A stretch of DNA of 64,000 nt. Source: an uncultured Gemmatimonadales bacterium (GTDB taxonomy: Bacteria > Gemmatimonadota > Gemmatimonadetes > Gemmatimonadales > Gemmatimonadaceae). A program made the position numbers and the translations under genes. The DNA lies in contig CAWBZV010000005.1 of assembly GCA_963793305.1 (NCBI GenBank), positions 896,001 to 960,000 on the forward strand, written 5' to 3'. Shown piece after piece: positions 1 through 10,235 of this stretch. The notes under the pieces were generated by a model. The model made no database searches. It was not told where the DNA came from and worked only from the letters and a program-made list of their open reading frames with translations. Each line of letters begins with the position of its first letter. Within the stretch, counting starts at the first letter, position 1.

Positions 1-2541
1 GATCGTCGCGTGCGCCTCGGCCACCCACGTTTGCCACGTCCCGGTCTGAGCCGGATCGCGCCCGGCCATCACCGCCTTGATGAGCCGCTCCGCGCCATCG
101 AGCCGGCCCCAGGTGAGGTCGTTCTGACGCCACCCTCGATTGAGGAAGGCGCCGAAGTTCCGAAGCGCGGTGCCGGCCAACTTCGGCGAGAGCGGCGGCC
201 GGCGATCCACGCGCTCATTCACGATCTCGGTCGCGTCCTCCGGCGAGATCCGCACGACGTCGATGCGCGACAGGTTGCCTTGCACCGCCGTCGCGTAGCG
301 AATCGGATAGGTCACCGAGTCGACACACTCGAACGAGTCGTACACGAACCGGACGACATCCCGGACCTCGACCCATCGCGCGTTATCGGTGGCACTCGAG
401 GTGAAGAGCGTATCGACCAGCTGGCTCGCCTCCCGCATCGGGGGCGTGACGCGGTTCGCGACCGCGTAGGCAATGTCGTCGAACGCCTTCCACTGTTGCC
501 CCACGAGTTGGTCCGCGTAGGCGAGCCGCTCGGTCTCCGTGGGGAGCGCCAGCAGCTTGGCGACGCTCTCGTGCGTCAGCGCCGCCGCATCGACCGCGAC
601 GGCGAGCGCGTTGACCGGCGTCTCCGGTTTGCCGCGGGCGCCCCGGGCCGTCAGTGTGTCCTGCGCGCGGCGCAGGGACTCGTAGGCTGTGCTCAGCGTC
701 TTCGAGAGCACCGCGATCGCCCGTTGGATATTGACCACATCGTCAGGCGTCCACGTGGTGCGCGCCCGCGCGAACAGGCTGTCCTCGGGCTGCTCGCGAT
801 CGGGCATGACCCGATCGATGTTGGCGCGGATGGCGTCCACGAGACGATCGGTGCGGTCGTCCATGGCCGACAGGGTGTCGAGCCGCATCAAGGTGAGATC
901 GAGGCGTCGCAGGCGATAGCTGAGGTCGAAGCGAAACAGAAAAGCGTTTTCGGTCTCTCGCGCGTCGCTCGCCGGCGGCGCACTCGTGGCCGCTGGAATG
1001 GTCTTCGACACGGCCGGCGCGTTTTTCTGGTGCTCTTCCGCGAACCGTCGCTCACGCCACGCGCGGGCGAGGTAGCGAATCGCCCGCACATCATCGGATT
1101 CGGCCGGGAATCCCGCGAGCGTCGCGATCACGTTCGCGAAGTCATCGGTGACGCTCGCGACTTTGAGCCGGTGAAATCCGGCGTAGGACGGCCCCAGTTT
1201 GTCGATCCGCTCCTGCAACCCTTCGGACGCCCAAGCATACCCTTCAGTGCGCATGACGTCCGCGCGCTCCTGGAACGTCGCCGGTGAGCTCCGAAAGCAC
1301 TTGCCCGCGATCAGCACGCTCAAATTGCCGTTGGATCCGCTCAGGATGCGGTCCACCCGGTCGATCAACTGGTTGCGTTCCGCCACGCGTTGGAGCTCGT
1401 CGCGAATCGTCTCTTGGCCCGCCAGCGTGAGCGCGGCGATCGTGTTCTCTACGACCGTCGGCCGCGGCACCGGCGCGCCATCGGCAGTCGCCACAATGAC
1501 GTCTTCCGGGTGCTGCGGCGACGGCTCGACGTAGATCAGCTTGCGGTCCATCGGTTTTGTCCCGCGCACCGCCGACAACGCGTCGATGGCGTAGCTGAAC
1601 GGCTTGTTGTCCAGGTACCCGCCGTCGCCGAACGCGTGATTCTGCACGTCATAGATGGCGCTGTCGGTATCGACCGAGGGCGGGGCGACGTACTCGGGGA
1701 AATACCGTTGCCACCGGGTCGTCGGCCCGGCTCCCAGAACAGTCACGATGTCCCTGATCTGCACGGGCTCGAACGCGATCGGAAAAGCCGACGTGCACCT
1801 CGCCGCGAACGCCAGCATCGGGTTCTCCGATGCCGCGAAGTCGTCGGCCACCTTCGGCGCGAAGCGAAACCGGAAGAATTTGCGATGCCAACTCTCGGTC
1901 ACGCGTTCGTCGGACAACGACAGGTAGATGGGCAGCCCCTGAATGTCCGTCGTGGTGACGAAGCAATCGATGCTGTCAACCAGCGCTCCACGGCTGGCGG
2001 CTGCTGCCTTGGACTTGTCCATCCCGTCGAACGCGTTGTACAGCAGCTTGAGCATGCGACGACCGTTGAGCAGCGACGGCGGCGGGTCATCGAACGGAAT
2101 GTGCGGGAGGGCCGACTGCTTGTCGTAGAGCAACGTGCTCATGTCGGCGAGTTGGATCCATAAGCTCGCCAGCTGGTCGAGCTGCTGGCCGTGCGCGAGC
2201 GCCTTCGCCAGGTAGATGCCGTTGATCCCACCGGCCGAGGTGCCGGAAACGATGTCGACAATGAAGCGGGTGTAGATGGTTCCGGGCCCGCTCGAACTGA
2301 CCCGGTCGCTGTGCAGCACCTTGGCGAGGCGCCGGTAGACCCGCTCGGTCGGGGTCAACTCTTCGTCGGCGAAGCGGGCGACGGTCGGATCGGTGGGATC
2401 CGGCGCCGTCGCCCGCACCATGCCGAGCAGTTCCTGCACGACACCATTGATGTACACCGCCAGCGACACGCCGCCGTAGAGGACCACGGCGAACCGCAGT
2501 TCTCGCCGCACATCCATTGCCGGGCGGTTCAGGTCGGCCAT
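1..2541 (-). CDS. Patatin-related protein (DUF3376-type), truncated by the left window edge
   Basis: Not in the ORF track because it has no stop in the window. Hand translation from ATG 2541: MADLNRPAMDVRRELRFAVVLYGGVSLAVYING, VDIVSGTSAGGINGI (GxSxG), FAARCTSAFPIAFEP, DGGYLDNKPF. Confidence 0.9.
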   Translation of the reverse strand, partial: MADLNRPAMDVRRELRFAVVLYGGVSLAVYINGVVQELLGMVRATAPDPTDPTVARFADEELTPTERVYRRLAKVLHSDRVSSSGPGTIYTRFIVDIVSGTSAGGINGIYLAKALAHGQQLDQLASLWIQLADMSTLLYDKQSALPHIPFDDPPPSLLNGRRMLKLLYNAFDGMDKSKAAAASRGALVDSIDCFVTTTDIQGLPIYLSLSDERVTESWHRKFFRFRFAPKVADDFAASENPMLAFAARCTSAFPIAFEPVQIRDIVTVLGAGPTTRWQRYFPEYVAPPSVDTDSAIYDVQNHAFGDGGYLDNKPFSYAIDALSAVRGTKPMDRKLIYVEPSPQHPEDVIVATADGAPVPRPTVVENTIAALTLAGQETIRDELQRVAERNQLIDRVDRILSGSNGNLSVLIAGKCFRSSPATFQERADVMRTEGYAWASEGLQERIDKLGPSYAGFHRLKVASVTDDFANVIATLAGFPAESDDVRAIRYLARAWRERRFAEEHQKNAPAVSKTIPAATSAPPASDARETENAFLFRFDLSYRLRRLDLTLMRLDTLSAMDDRTDRLVDAIRANIDRVMPDREQPEDSLFARARTTWTPDDVVNIQRAIAVLSKTLSTAYESLRRAQDTLTARGARGKPETPVNALAVAVDAAALTHESVAKLLALPTETERLAYADQLVGQQWKAFDDIAYAVANRVTPPMREASQLVDTLFTSSATDNARWVEVRDVVRFVYDSFECVDSVTYPIRYATAVQGNLSRIDVVRISPEDATEIVNERVDRRPPLSPKLAGTALRNFGAFLNRGWRQNDLTWGRLDGAERLIKAVMAGRDPAQTGTWQTWVAEAHATI

Positions 2542-2639
2542 GCGTCAGTATGGAACCCCAGTACGACCTTCGCAACACACTCACAATGTCAAGATTGTGT
2601 TTCGTTGACGGGCGTCGAGACTACCCTAGCTTGAGTAGC

Positions 2640-5045
2640 ATGCTGGATACTCTACGCCAAGACGCCCGCTTTGCCCTGCGTCAACTCCGGGTCGCGCGAT
2701 CCTTCTCGGTCGCCGCGATCGGCACACTCGCTTTGGGGATCGGTGCGACGGTCGCGGTCTTTAGCGCCGTCGAGGCGGTCGTCCTCCGACCATTTCCGTT
2801 CACCCAGCCCGACCGGGTCGTCAATCTCCATCCGGCGCGGAATGGCGCCGCGATCGCGGTCTCGTCAAACCTCGAGTTCGCCACCTGGCGCGAGCTCCCT
2901 CACGCGTTCGATAGTCTCGTCGCGATCTCTCAGGGGGCCTCGTTCATCCTGAGTCGCGCGGACGCCCCTGAGGTGCTGACGGGCGCCCGCGCGTCGTCCG
3001 CATTTACCCACGTGCTGGGCGTCGCGCCGGAGATCGGGCGTGGATTCTCTCCGGCGGATGAACAACCAGGAGCGCCACACGTCGTGCTCCTGAGCCACAC
3101 GCTCTGGATGCGGGACTATAACGGAACCCGTACTGTGCTCGGCCAGACGGTGCGGCTCGATGGCGACACGTACGTCATCATCGGCGTGATGCCCGCTTCG
3201 CTCGACGCGGTCAGCACCGGTGCGCAACTCTGGGTCCCGCTGACCCTGTCGTCCACCGACCTGCAGGACTTCAAGGCGCGCTACCTCCAGATCGTCGGCC
3301 GGCTCGCGCCGGGCGTGTCACTTGCGCAAGCGACCGCCGCGGTCGATGCCTCCGAGCGGAAGCTCGCGGCGGAGCACCCGATGTGGGGCACGGGATATAG
3401 CGGGCAGGTGACGCGATTCTCCGACGACATGATCGGCGCCTTCCGCACGCGGCTCTTCATTCTGCTGGGCGCGGTGTCGTTCGTCTTCCTCATTGCCTGC
3501 GTGAACGTCACGAACCTCCTGCTCTCGCGCGGCAGCGCGCGCGTGCGCGAGATGGGCGTCCGCACGGCATTGGGCGCGAACCGCGGCCGGCTCATCCAGC
3601 AGCTGCTCACCGAAAGCGCCGTCTTGAGCGCGTGCGCCGGCGCCGCGGGCATAGCGCTGGCCTATGCCCTGATGAGAGCCGTCGTGGCCGCCAGTCCACC
3701 CGGCATCCCCCGGATCGAAGAGACGCGCATTGATGGCGCGGCGCTCCTTATCGCCATCCTCGCGTCCGCCGTGTGCAGCGTGCTCGTTGGTCTCTTTCCC
3801 GCGTTTCGTAGCGCGAAGCCAATGCTTCGAGGGGGCTTGAGTGAGACCAAAGACCGCGGTCGTGCGCGTGGCGCGCTGGTTGCCGCCGAGGTGGCGCTGG
3901 CCATGGCGCTCTTGGCCGGCGCGGGACTGTTGATTCGTTCCGCATGGGCGATCAGCCACGTCGACCCCGGGTTCGACGGCCACGATGTGCTCACCGCACA
4001 AGTGCTGCTCCCGCCCGCGCGGTATGACTTCGCCAATGGGGTCGTCACCTACAGGGCCATTCGGGATGCCGTCGCCAGGACCCCGGGTGTGCAGCAGGTC
4101 TCTCTGACGTCGTCGGCGCCCCTCACGCCACCCATCCAAGTCGGCATCGGCGCCGAAGGCCGGCCGTACATCGACGGCGAGCGTCTCGTCACCAACGGGT
4201 TTATGGTGAGCCCCGATTACTTCGCCACGATGAAGCTGCATATGCGCTCGGGCCGCGACTTCGCCCAGACGGACAACGCGAACGCGCCGCTCGTGGCTAT
4301 TATCAACCAAGCGCTGGCGAAGAAGCTCTGGCCGAATGAAGACGCGGTCGGCAAGCGCTTCGAGGGCATGGATCCCAGCCACCAGCACCTCATGCAGGTG
4401 GTGGGCGTCATCGACGATGCCAGGACGATTGGTCTGGAGCAGGCTCCCACGCCCGAGTTCTACATCCCGTTCGAGCAGGTCCCGCCACCGCTCTGGTCCG
4501 GCCTCGGCGGCTCACTCATCATCGCCGCGCGTACGGCGACCGACCCTGCGATGATGGAGCGCGCCCTCCGCCAAGCGGTGGCCAGCGTTGACCCGAGTCT
4601 GCCGCTTGCCCAGGTCGCGACGATGGACCAACTGGCCCGTACATCGCGCGCCACCGCGCGCTTCAACACGCTGCTGTTAGGGCTACTGGGCGCGATCGCG
4701 CTCCTGTTGGCGAGCGTCGGCGTCTACGGCGTGATCGCCTACTCCGTCGCCCAGCGCACCCGCGAGATCGCCCTCCGGATGGCCCTGGGCGCGACACCGC
4801 CCGCGATCGCCGCGCTCGTGGTGCGCCATGGACTCACGCCGATCGTGATTGGGGCGGTGATCGGCGGCGTGTTGTCCGCGGCCACCACGCGTCTCTTGCG
4901 CGAGCAACTCTACGGCGTGGGGCCCGGCGATCCCACGACGATTCTGGCGATCGCCACGCTCCTCCTCTTCGTCTCGCTCGTCGCGGCCTGCATTCCGACC
5001 TGGCGCGCCATGACCATCTCGCCGGCTCGCGCATTGACGGCATAA
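2640..5045 (+). CDS. ADOP-family duplicated ABC permease (MacB/FtsX-like)
   Basis: MLDTLRQDARFALRQL...LALGIGAT, LIACVNVTNLLL, GVYGVIAYSVAQRTREIALRMALGA; two MacB/FtsX repeats. Confidence 0.92.
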   Translation: MLDTLRQDARFALRQLRVARSFSVAAIGTLALGIGATVAVFSAVEAVVLRPFPFTQPDRVVNLHPARNGAAIAVSSNLEFATWRELPHAFDSLVAISQGASFILSRADAPEVLTGARASSAFTHVLGVAPEIGRGFSPADEQPGAPHVVLLSHTLWMRDYNGTRTVLGQTVRLDGDTYVIIGVMPASLDAVSTGAQLWVPLTLSSTDLQDFKARYLQIVGRLAPGVSLAQATAAVDASERKLAAEHPMWGTGYSGQVTRFSDDMIGAFRTRLFILLGAVSFVFLIACVNVTNLLLSRGSARVREMGVRTALGANRGRLIQQLLTESAVLSACAGAAGIALAYALMRAVVAASPPGIPRIEETRIDGAALLIAILASAVCSVLVGLFPAFRSAKPMLRGGLSETKDRGRARGALVAAEVALAMALLAGAGLLIRSAWAISHVDPGFDGHDVLTAQVLLPPARYDFANGVVTYRAIRDAVARTPGVQQVSLTSSAPLTPPIQVGIGAEGRPYIDGERLVTNGFMVSPDYFATMKLHMRSGRDFAQTDNANAPLVAIINQALAKKLWPNEDAVGKRFEGMDPSHQHLMQVVGVIDDARTIGLEQAPTPEFYIPFEQVPPPLWSGLGGSLIIAARTATDPAMMERALRQAVASVDPSLPLAQVATMDQLARTSRATARFNTLLLGLLGAIALLLASVGVYGVIAYSVAQRTREIALRMALGATPPAIAALVVRHGLTPIVIGAVIGGVLSAATTRLLREQLYGVGPGDPTTILAIATLLLFVSLVAACIPTWRAMTISPARALTA

Positions 5046-5088
5046 CTCGCCGAATTTACCCGATGTCGTGTCCGGTAGTCCCATAGAT

Positions 5089-5358
5089 ATGGAACTCAAT
5101 GTGGGACTCGGACAACTGCAACGGGTGTTTGGCGAGTGGGCCGGTGTCTTCGGCGGCGGCGAGTGGGTGATGATCGGTGACGAGCGGAAGCCGCTCGCGT
5201 GGCTCCTCACGAGCCTCTCGCGCTGCCAGGATCAGATGCCCTCGTCCGTCTGCGTCGTACTCGACATGGACGATGGCTCGACCTTCGCCCAAGCCGTCCG
5301 CTCCATTCGCGCCCGCCGCCGCCAAAAGCCCCGGCGCTCCCGCAAGCGGCTGGCATGA
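5089..5358 (+). CDS. Hypothetical protein
   Basis: 89-aa ORF with gene-like composition between co-oriented genes; no motif recognised. Confidence 0.5.
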   Translation: MELNVGLGQLQRVFGEWAGVFGGGEWVMIGDERKPLAWLLTSLSRCQDQMPSSVCVVLDMDDGSTFAQAVRSIRARRRQKPRRSRKRLA

Positions 5359-5371
5359 GTTAACGTCCGCT

Positions 5372-5777
5372 ATGGCCTCCATAGCGGACGAGATCAAGCG
5401 AGAGAAGATCCGGCGCGCGAGACTCGCCGGCCCCGACTGCGTCACGAGACAGGCGACCGTCGCGGAGCCGGAAGCCCAAGCCGACCAATACGTCGCCGGG
5501 CCTCATCTACATGCTGAACGGGGCACGACAGCACAGCTACACGGATCCCTTCGACCGGACGAGTCCCCCGATCGTGATCGGCCCGCACTGGATGATCCTG
5601 TGGCCCTTTGATGCCAAGGCTGCCGGGATCGGGACCATCATGCGCGATGGGGGCACCATGGTCATGTTCGCCGGCACCCCGTATGCCCACCTGCACGTCT
5701 GCGGCTCGCCGTGGGACGGAAACGAATACCATCCAGGCGACCGCGCCGTGTGGACGATGACCTACGCCCGCCCTTAG
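5372..5777 (+). pseudogene. Frameshifted (possibly also internally deleted) conserved hypothetical protein
   Basis: MASIADEIKREKIRRARLAGPDCVTRQATVAE continues after a +1 shift near 5468 as RKPKPTNTSPGLIYMLNG...IGPHWMILWPFD...MFAGTPYAHLHVCGSPW. Confidence 0.6.
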
Positions 5778-5982
5778 CGCGCGGTGTACACCGTTGCGAC
5801 GATAGCGACCACGGCGTAGATCACCGTGCTGGCGGGCAGCTTGTCGCCGAATTCCGACATGGAAAGCAAGAGTCTGTTGATCGTATGCACGGCTAGCAGA
5901 CGAAAAGCACAAGCCGTGCGCAACGCGCCGGGAACTATATATTCAACCCGATGGTTGAATGTATCACAAACCGGGGAGACAA

Positions 5983-6738
5983 ATGCCGAGACATGAGACC
6001 GGAACCCGCGAGGAGTGGCTCAAAGCGCGCCTCGCGCTGCTGGACGCCGAGAAGGAGCTCACGCGGCACAGCAATGACGTAGCGCGGCGGCGGCAAGAAT
6101 TGCCTTGGGTGCCGGTCGAAAAAACCTATCGATTCGACACGGACGATGGGCGCGCCTCACTGCCGGACCTCTTCAAGGGCCGCTCGCAACTCCTCGTCTA
6201 TCATTTCATGTTCGGCCCCGACTTCAAGGCGGGTTGCCCATCCTGCTCCTCGATTGCCGACGGATTCAATGGCATCGCCGTCCACCTCGCCAATCACAAC
6301 GTCATGCTGTGGGCGATCTCGCGCGGGCCGCTCGCCAAGCTCCAAGCGTTCAAGAAGCGGATGGGCTGGACGTTCCCGTGGGCGTCATCGGGCGACACCG
6401 ACTTCAACGCCGACTACGCGGCCTCGTTCACCGACCAGCAACAGCGCGAAGGCATCGAGTACAATTTCCGACGCGAGGCCCCCGTGGACATCACCGCCGG
6501 AGGTACCGACATCGACCACGCGGGCCAAGCCGGAACCGATGACCTCACGTTTCTGCGTGAGCGGCCCGGCGTGAGCGCGTTCGTGCTCGAGGATGGCGTC
6601 GTCTACCACACGTACTCCGCGTACTCCCGCGGTGTCAATGGCCTGTGGGGCATGTATCAGTGGCTCGACCGCGCGCCCAAGGGGCGCAACGAAGCGAAGG
6701 GCGTCTGGTGGCGCCATCACGACCGGTACCCGAGCTAG
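5983..6738 (+). CDS. DUF899 thioredoxin-like protein
   Basis: LLDAEKELTR...RRQELPWV, QLLVYHFMFGP...GCPSCS, WLDRAPKGRNE; RBS GGGGAGA. Confidence 0.92.
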   Translation: MPRHETGTREEWLKARLALLDAEKELTRHSNDVARRRQELPWVPVEKTYRFDTDDGRASLPDLFKGRSQLLVYHFMFGPDFKAGCPSCSSIADGFNGIAVHLANHNVMLWAISRGPLAKLQAFKKRMGWTFPWASSGDTDFNADYAASFTDQQQREGIEYNFRREAPVDITAGGTDIDHAGQAGTDDLTFLRERPGVSAFVLEDGVVYHTYSAYSRGVNGLWGMYQWLDRAPKGRNEAKGVWWRHHDRYPS

Positions 6739-7679
6739 GCCAAAAACTGCTTGACGAGCACGGCGGTGTCGTCGGGATTCTCCTCGGGGAAGAAGTGCCC
6801 GCCCTTCATCGCCTGTCCATGCGCGGACGGAGCCCATTGGCGCCAAATGCCGAGTGGGCCGCCGTCCTTGGCGTAGAAGCTGTCGAGCGGGCCGCCCTCC
6901 GCCCACAGATGCAGCATCGGACATTCGATTTGCTTGCCCGCTGCCTTGTCGGCCCGATCGTGGTCGACATCGATCGTCGCCGCGGCCCGATACTCTTCGC
7001 AGATCCCGTGCACGCGGGCCGGATCGCGATACGTTGACAAATACTGCTCGAGAATCTCCGGGCCGAATGAGCCGTGGCCGAAGGGATTGTCGAAGGCCGC
7101 CTTGGGCGCGCCGAGCAGATAGCTCTCCGGAAGCGGCGCCAACTGCGAGAGCAGGATCCACGGCCAGTAGGTTCGTGCGAAGCGTGCGTCGGATCGGTCC
7201 CACGCCTCCATGATCGGGATCACGTCGAAGACCGCGAGACGCTCCACGTGCGTCGGATGGTCGAGGGTGAGACGATAGGAGACCCGTCCGCCGCGATCGT
7301 GGCCGATCAGTATGAACGTTGGAAAGCCGAGCTTGTCCATCACCTCGACCAGCTCCTTGGCCATCGCGCGCTTGGAGTATGGAAAGTGATCGTCCGTGGA
7401 CGCGGGCACGCCGCTGCGACCGTAGGCCCGCAAGTCGACGCAGATCACGGTGTGATCCACGGCCAGCTTTGGCGCCAGATAGCGCCACATGAGGCTCGTG
7501 CGCGGGAAGCCGTGCACCATCAGAATCGGCGGCCCCTTGCCATACCGGCGCCCGAAGATCGTGTTGCCGGACACGTCGACTTGAAACGTCTCGAACGGAT
7601 CCATAGGAAAAACACCCTCAGTAAGAGCTGCCACCGTTGCGACCGTTAGGGCGCCCAGAAAAGTACGCCGTTGCATCAT
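6735..7679 (-). CDS. Alpha/beta hydrolase, haloacetate-dehalogenase-like, with possible Tat signal
   Basis: HGFP, DLRAYGRS, YSKRAMA, GHDRGGRV nucleophile, GGHFFPEE; N-terminal QRRTFL. An internal ATG start (MDPF) is also possible. Confidence 0.88.
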   Translation of the reverse strand: MMQRRTFLGALTVATVAALTEGVFPMDPFETFQVDVSGNTIFGRRYGKGPPILMVHGFPRTSLMWRYLAPKLAVDHTVICVDLRAYGRSGVPASTDDHFPYSKRAMAKELVEVMDKLGFPTFILIGHDRGGRVSYRLTLDHPTHVERLAVFDVIPIMEAWDRSDARFARTYWPWILLSQLAPLPESYLLGAPKAAFDNPFGHGSFGPEILEQYLSTYRDPARVHGICEEYRAAATIDVDHDRADKAAGKQIECPMLHLWAEGGPLDSFYAKDGGPLGIWRQWAPSAHGQAMKGGHFFPEENPDDTAVLVKQFLA

Positions 7680-7699
7680 ACGGTCTTGATCTCGCCGCC

Positions 7700-7918
7700 A
7701 TCAATGCGCACATCGCTCCCGGCTGCGGGACCGCACCGGCAATATTGAGCAGCGCATCAATGCGATCGAGCGCCCGAGTGAAGGCGTCGATGGTCATCGC
7801 CAGCCCGCCGAACGAGTACGAATAGTGGCGCCCGGTTGGGACCTCGGTAAATCCGAAGCCCGGAAGATCCGGCGCGATCACCCGATACCGCGTCGCGAGA
7901 CGCGGGATGAGCTCGCGA
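7700..7918 (-). pseudogene. Chimeric remnant: alpha/beta hydrolase fragment joined to an SDR-like fragment
   Basis: RELIPRLATRYRVIAPDLPGFGFTEVP...TIDAFTRAL runs directly into RIDALLNIAGAVPQ; no intact start or end. Confidence 0.65.
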
Positions 7919-7997
7919 GGGCAATCGAGGCGCGGCTGACGAATTGGTGTCGGATATCCGACAGTGACGAACTGTCGTCGTGCGATCAGATTGTGGC

Positions 7998-8651
7998 ATG
8001 TTCATCCCACTCGCGTACGAGCGTCTGTCCATCGCGGAGTCCCTGGCCAGAGCGACCGACTTTTACGATGTGATGCGGCGGCGGCGCACGACGCGCCACT
8101 TCTCGCCAGAGCCCGTTCCACGCGAGCTCATCGAGCTGGCGATCCACACCGCCGGCACGGCACCATCCGGTGCACACCTGCAGCCGTGGACGTTCGTCGC
8201 CATCTCCGATCCCGAGCTCAAGCGCCTGTTGCGGGAAGCCGCCGAGGCAGAGGAGCGTCGCTTCTATCAAGAGCTCGCGCCGCCAGAATGGCTCGAGGCG
8301 CTGGCGCCACTCGGCACCGATGAGCACAAGCCACATCTGACCGACGCACCATGGGTCGTCGTGCTGTTCCGGCAGGTGTACGGGATGCGCTCAGACGGTG
8401 GCAAGCGCACGTACTATTACACGCAAGAGTCCTGCGGCATCGCGGCGGGCCTCTTCATTGCCGCGGTGCACCGGATGGGTCTGGTGACGCTGACACACAC
8501 CCCGAGCCCCATGGGGTTCTTAAGCGAGCTGTTGGAGCGCCCGGCGAACGAGCGCGCGATGCTCGTTATGCCGGTCGGGTATCCGGCGCCCGACGCCCGC
8601 ATACCGGATCTCGAGCGCAAGCCACTCGCGGAGATTACGGTGTGGAAGTAA
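7998..8651 (+). CDS. Nitroreductase family, iodotyrosine deiodinase-like
   Basis: RRTTRHFS, AGTAPSGAHLQPW, EAAEAEERRFY, LAPLGTDEHKPHL, LVTLTHTPSPMGFL. Confidence 0.88.
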   Translation: MFIPLAYERLSIAESLARATDFYDVMRRRRTTRHFSPEPVPRELIELAIHTAGTAPSGAHLQPWTFVAISDPELKRLLREAAEAEERRFYQELAPPEWLEALAPLGTDEHKPHLTDAPWVVVLFRQVYGMRSDGGKRTYYYTQESCGIAAGLFIAAVHRMGLVTLTHTPSPMGFLSELLERPANERAMLVMPVGYPAPDARIPDLERKPLAEITVWK

Positions 8652-9180
8652 CCGCGTGAAATTCGATGGCATAGTCCACGGGTCCACCCAGATGGGGACT
8701 CGTGATGTGCGCGATCATGCGCAGACGTTGCCCGCCGTCTTCCACCACGTATTGAAAGGCGCTGCCGCCGCTTCCGGCGTCGCAAAATTGCGTCAGCGTA
8801 TCCGCGACCACGGTCTCGTGCGCGCGGCAAACGTCGCCGTGGCCATTGTCCCAACGGATGATCGCGCCAGCGCGAGGTAACGTCATCGCCTTGCCCGAAT
8901 CTCCCTGCGTGCCAACAGAGTCCGCGAGAACGATCACGCGAAGTACGCCCGGTAATGTGTTGGTCTCGAGCAGCCGGCGACGAGCGATCCGGTGCGCGGT
9001 CGGCAGCATCCCGTGTACCCCTCGATCAACGGCCTGCTGTACGGCCGGAAGCTGCCCGGTGTCCGGCGCATACGCGTACTGCCCCGGACGCTCGAAGAGA
9101 GCGCCCGAAGCAGTGCTGTCCTGGGCAAGGGCGCTCCGTCCAACAACGACGAACGCGACAATCCACCAGGCGCGAGTCAT
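8635..9180 (-). CDS. Hypothetical exported protein
   Basis: Signal-like MTRAWWIVAFVVVGRSALA|Q; starts 1 nt after the stop of the upstream gene. Confidence 0.7.
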   Translation of the reverse strand: MTRAWWIVAFVVVGRSALAQDSTASGALFERPGQYAYAPDTGQLPAVQQAVDRGVHGMLPTAHRIARRRLLETNTLPGVLRVIVLADSVGTQGDSGKAMTLPRAGAIIRWDNGHGDVCRAHETVVADTLTQFCDAGSGGSAFQYVVEDGGQRLRMIAHITSPHLGGPVDYAIEFHAVTSTP

Positions 9181-9181
9181 A

Positions 9182-9763
9182 TCAGAGCGCCGACCGAACG
9201 ACGCGCTGCACGTCGGACTGCGCCGACTTGAGCTTGAACGCACCAATGAGCATGATAATTCCGCCAACGACCGCGAATCCCGATATCAGTCCCATGATCG
9301 CCGCCAGCGTGGCGCCTTGATAGTAGAAGGCGAAGCCGCCGGCAACAATGCTCAAAACCCCAAATGCCATCGTCCAACCCCACGGCAGGTCGGCTGCTTT
9401 CTGCTGCACCGACACGTATACGCCGATTGAGCCCGTCAGGATGAGCCACCAGGCGGCCCAGACCACCGCGAAGGCCAGCGACAACACGGGATAGAAGAAC
9501 AGGGCGGCCATGCCGAATCCGACGCTGACGATGCCGCCGAGGAGCATGAGCCACCAGTGGTTGTACAGCGGCTTGAGATCGAACGAGTGCACGATGTTCG
9601 TGAAGCCATCGACGAGCGCCCAGATCGCGATCACGAGCGCGAACGCGGCAACCGACTCGAGTGGCCGCGCAAAGATGAAGATGCCGAGCGTAATCGAGAA
9701 CAGGCCGCGGAGCACGAGGCCCCACCAGGCGCGATTGAGTATGGTGGTCACGTCCTTAGGCAT
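9182..9763 (-). CDS. HdeD/DUF308 membrane protein
   Basis: AWWGLVLRGLFSITLG and about 6 TM segments in the DUF308 repeat pattern. Confidence 0.88.
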   Translation of the reverse strand: MPKDVTTILNRAWWGLVLRGLFSITLGIFIFARPLESVAAFALVIAIWALVDGFTNIVHSFDLKPLYNHWWLMLLGGIVSVGFGMAALFFYPVLSLAFAVVWAAWWLILTGSIGVYVSVQQKAADLPWGWTMAFGVLSIVAGGFAFYYQGATLAAIMGLISGFAVVGGIIMLIGAFKLKSAQSDVQRVVRSAL

Positions 9764-10145
9764 TGTCCCCTCCGACTGCGGCCGAGAGCTCGCTCAGCGA
9801 ATCGTCGAAGTCGGCCTTCGCCTGCTGCCAGTCCGCGGACGTCGCGCGGAGCAAGGCACTGCCTTTCGTCACGACGGTCTCACGCGCGGCGCGAAGCCGA
9901 TCCGCTACCGGCGCGGTGCCGATGGCGTCAATGTGTCCCTGGAGCTCGTCGCGGTACTTCGCGATCAACGTCTGGATCTCGCCGAGCTTGACCTTGGCTT
10001 GATCCGCGGCGGACCCGGCCGCCACGCGGAGCGCTTGCTCCGTCATGACCCGATCGCCTTCCAGCCGCGCCATCTCCCGGCTGGTGGCGTCGAACGCTTG
10101 ACGCCGCGCCTTGAGCTGAGCGGACAGTGAATCACTTGTGTTCAT
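9756..10145 (-). CDS. Hypothetical helical/coiled-coil protein
   Basis: Strong RBS AGGAGG; overlaps the start of the HdeD-like gene. Confidence 0.75.
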   Translation of the reverse strand: MNTSDSLSAQLKARRQAFDATSREMARLEGDRVMTEQALRVAAGSAADQAKVKLGEIQTLIAKYRDELQGHIDAIGTAPVADRLRAARETVVTKGSALLRATSADWQQAKADFDDSLSELSAAVGGDNA

Positions 10146-10235
10146 GCACCCTCCTGAGTTACGTGTGTCACGTACACATACTCAGGCTCGATCGCCAACG
10201 CGTAATACTTTTTTGCGATCACGGGTATGCTACCG

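Noticed and set aside
10..2634. Long plus-strand ORFs (425, 257, 147 aa)
   Set aside because: Antisense shadows of the minus-strand patatin gene; Arg-rich with no motifs.
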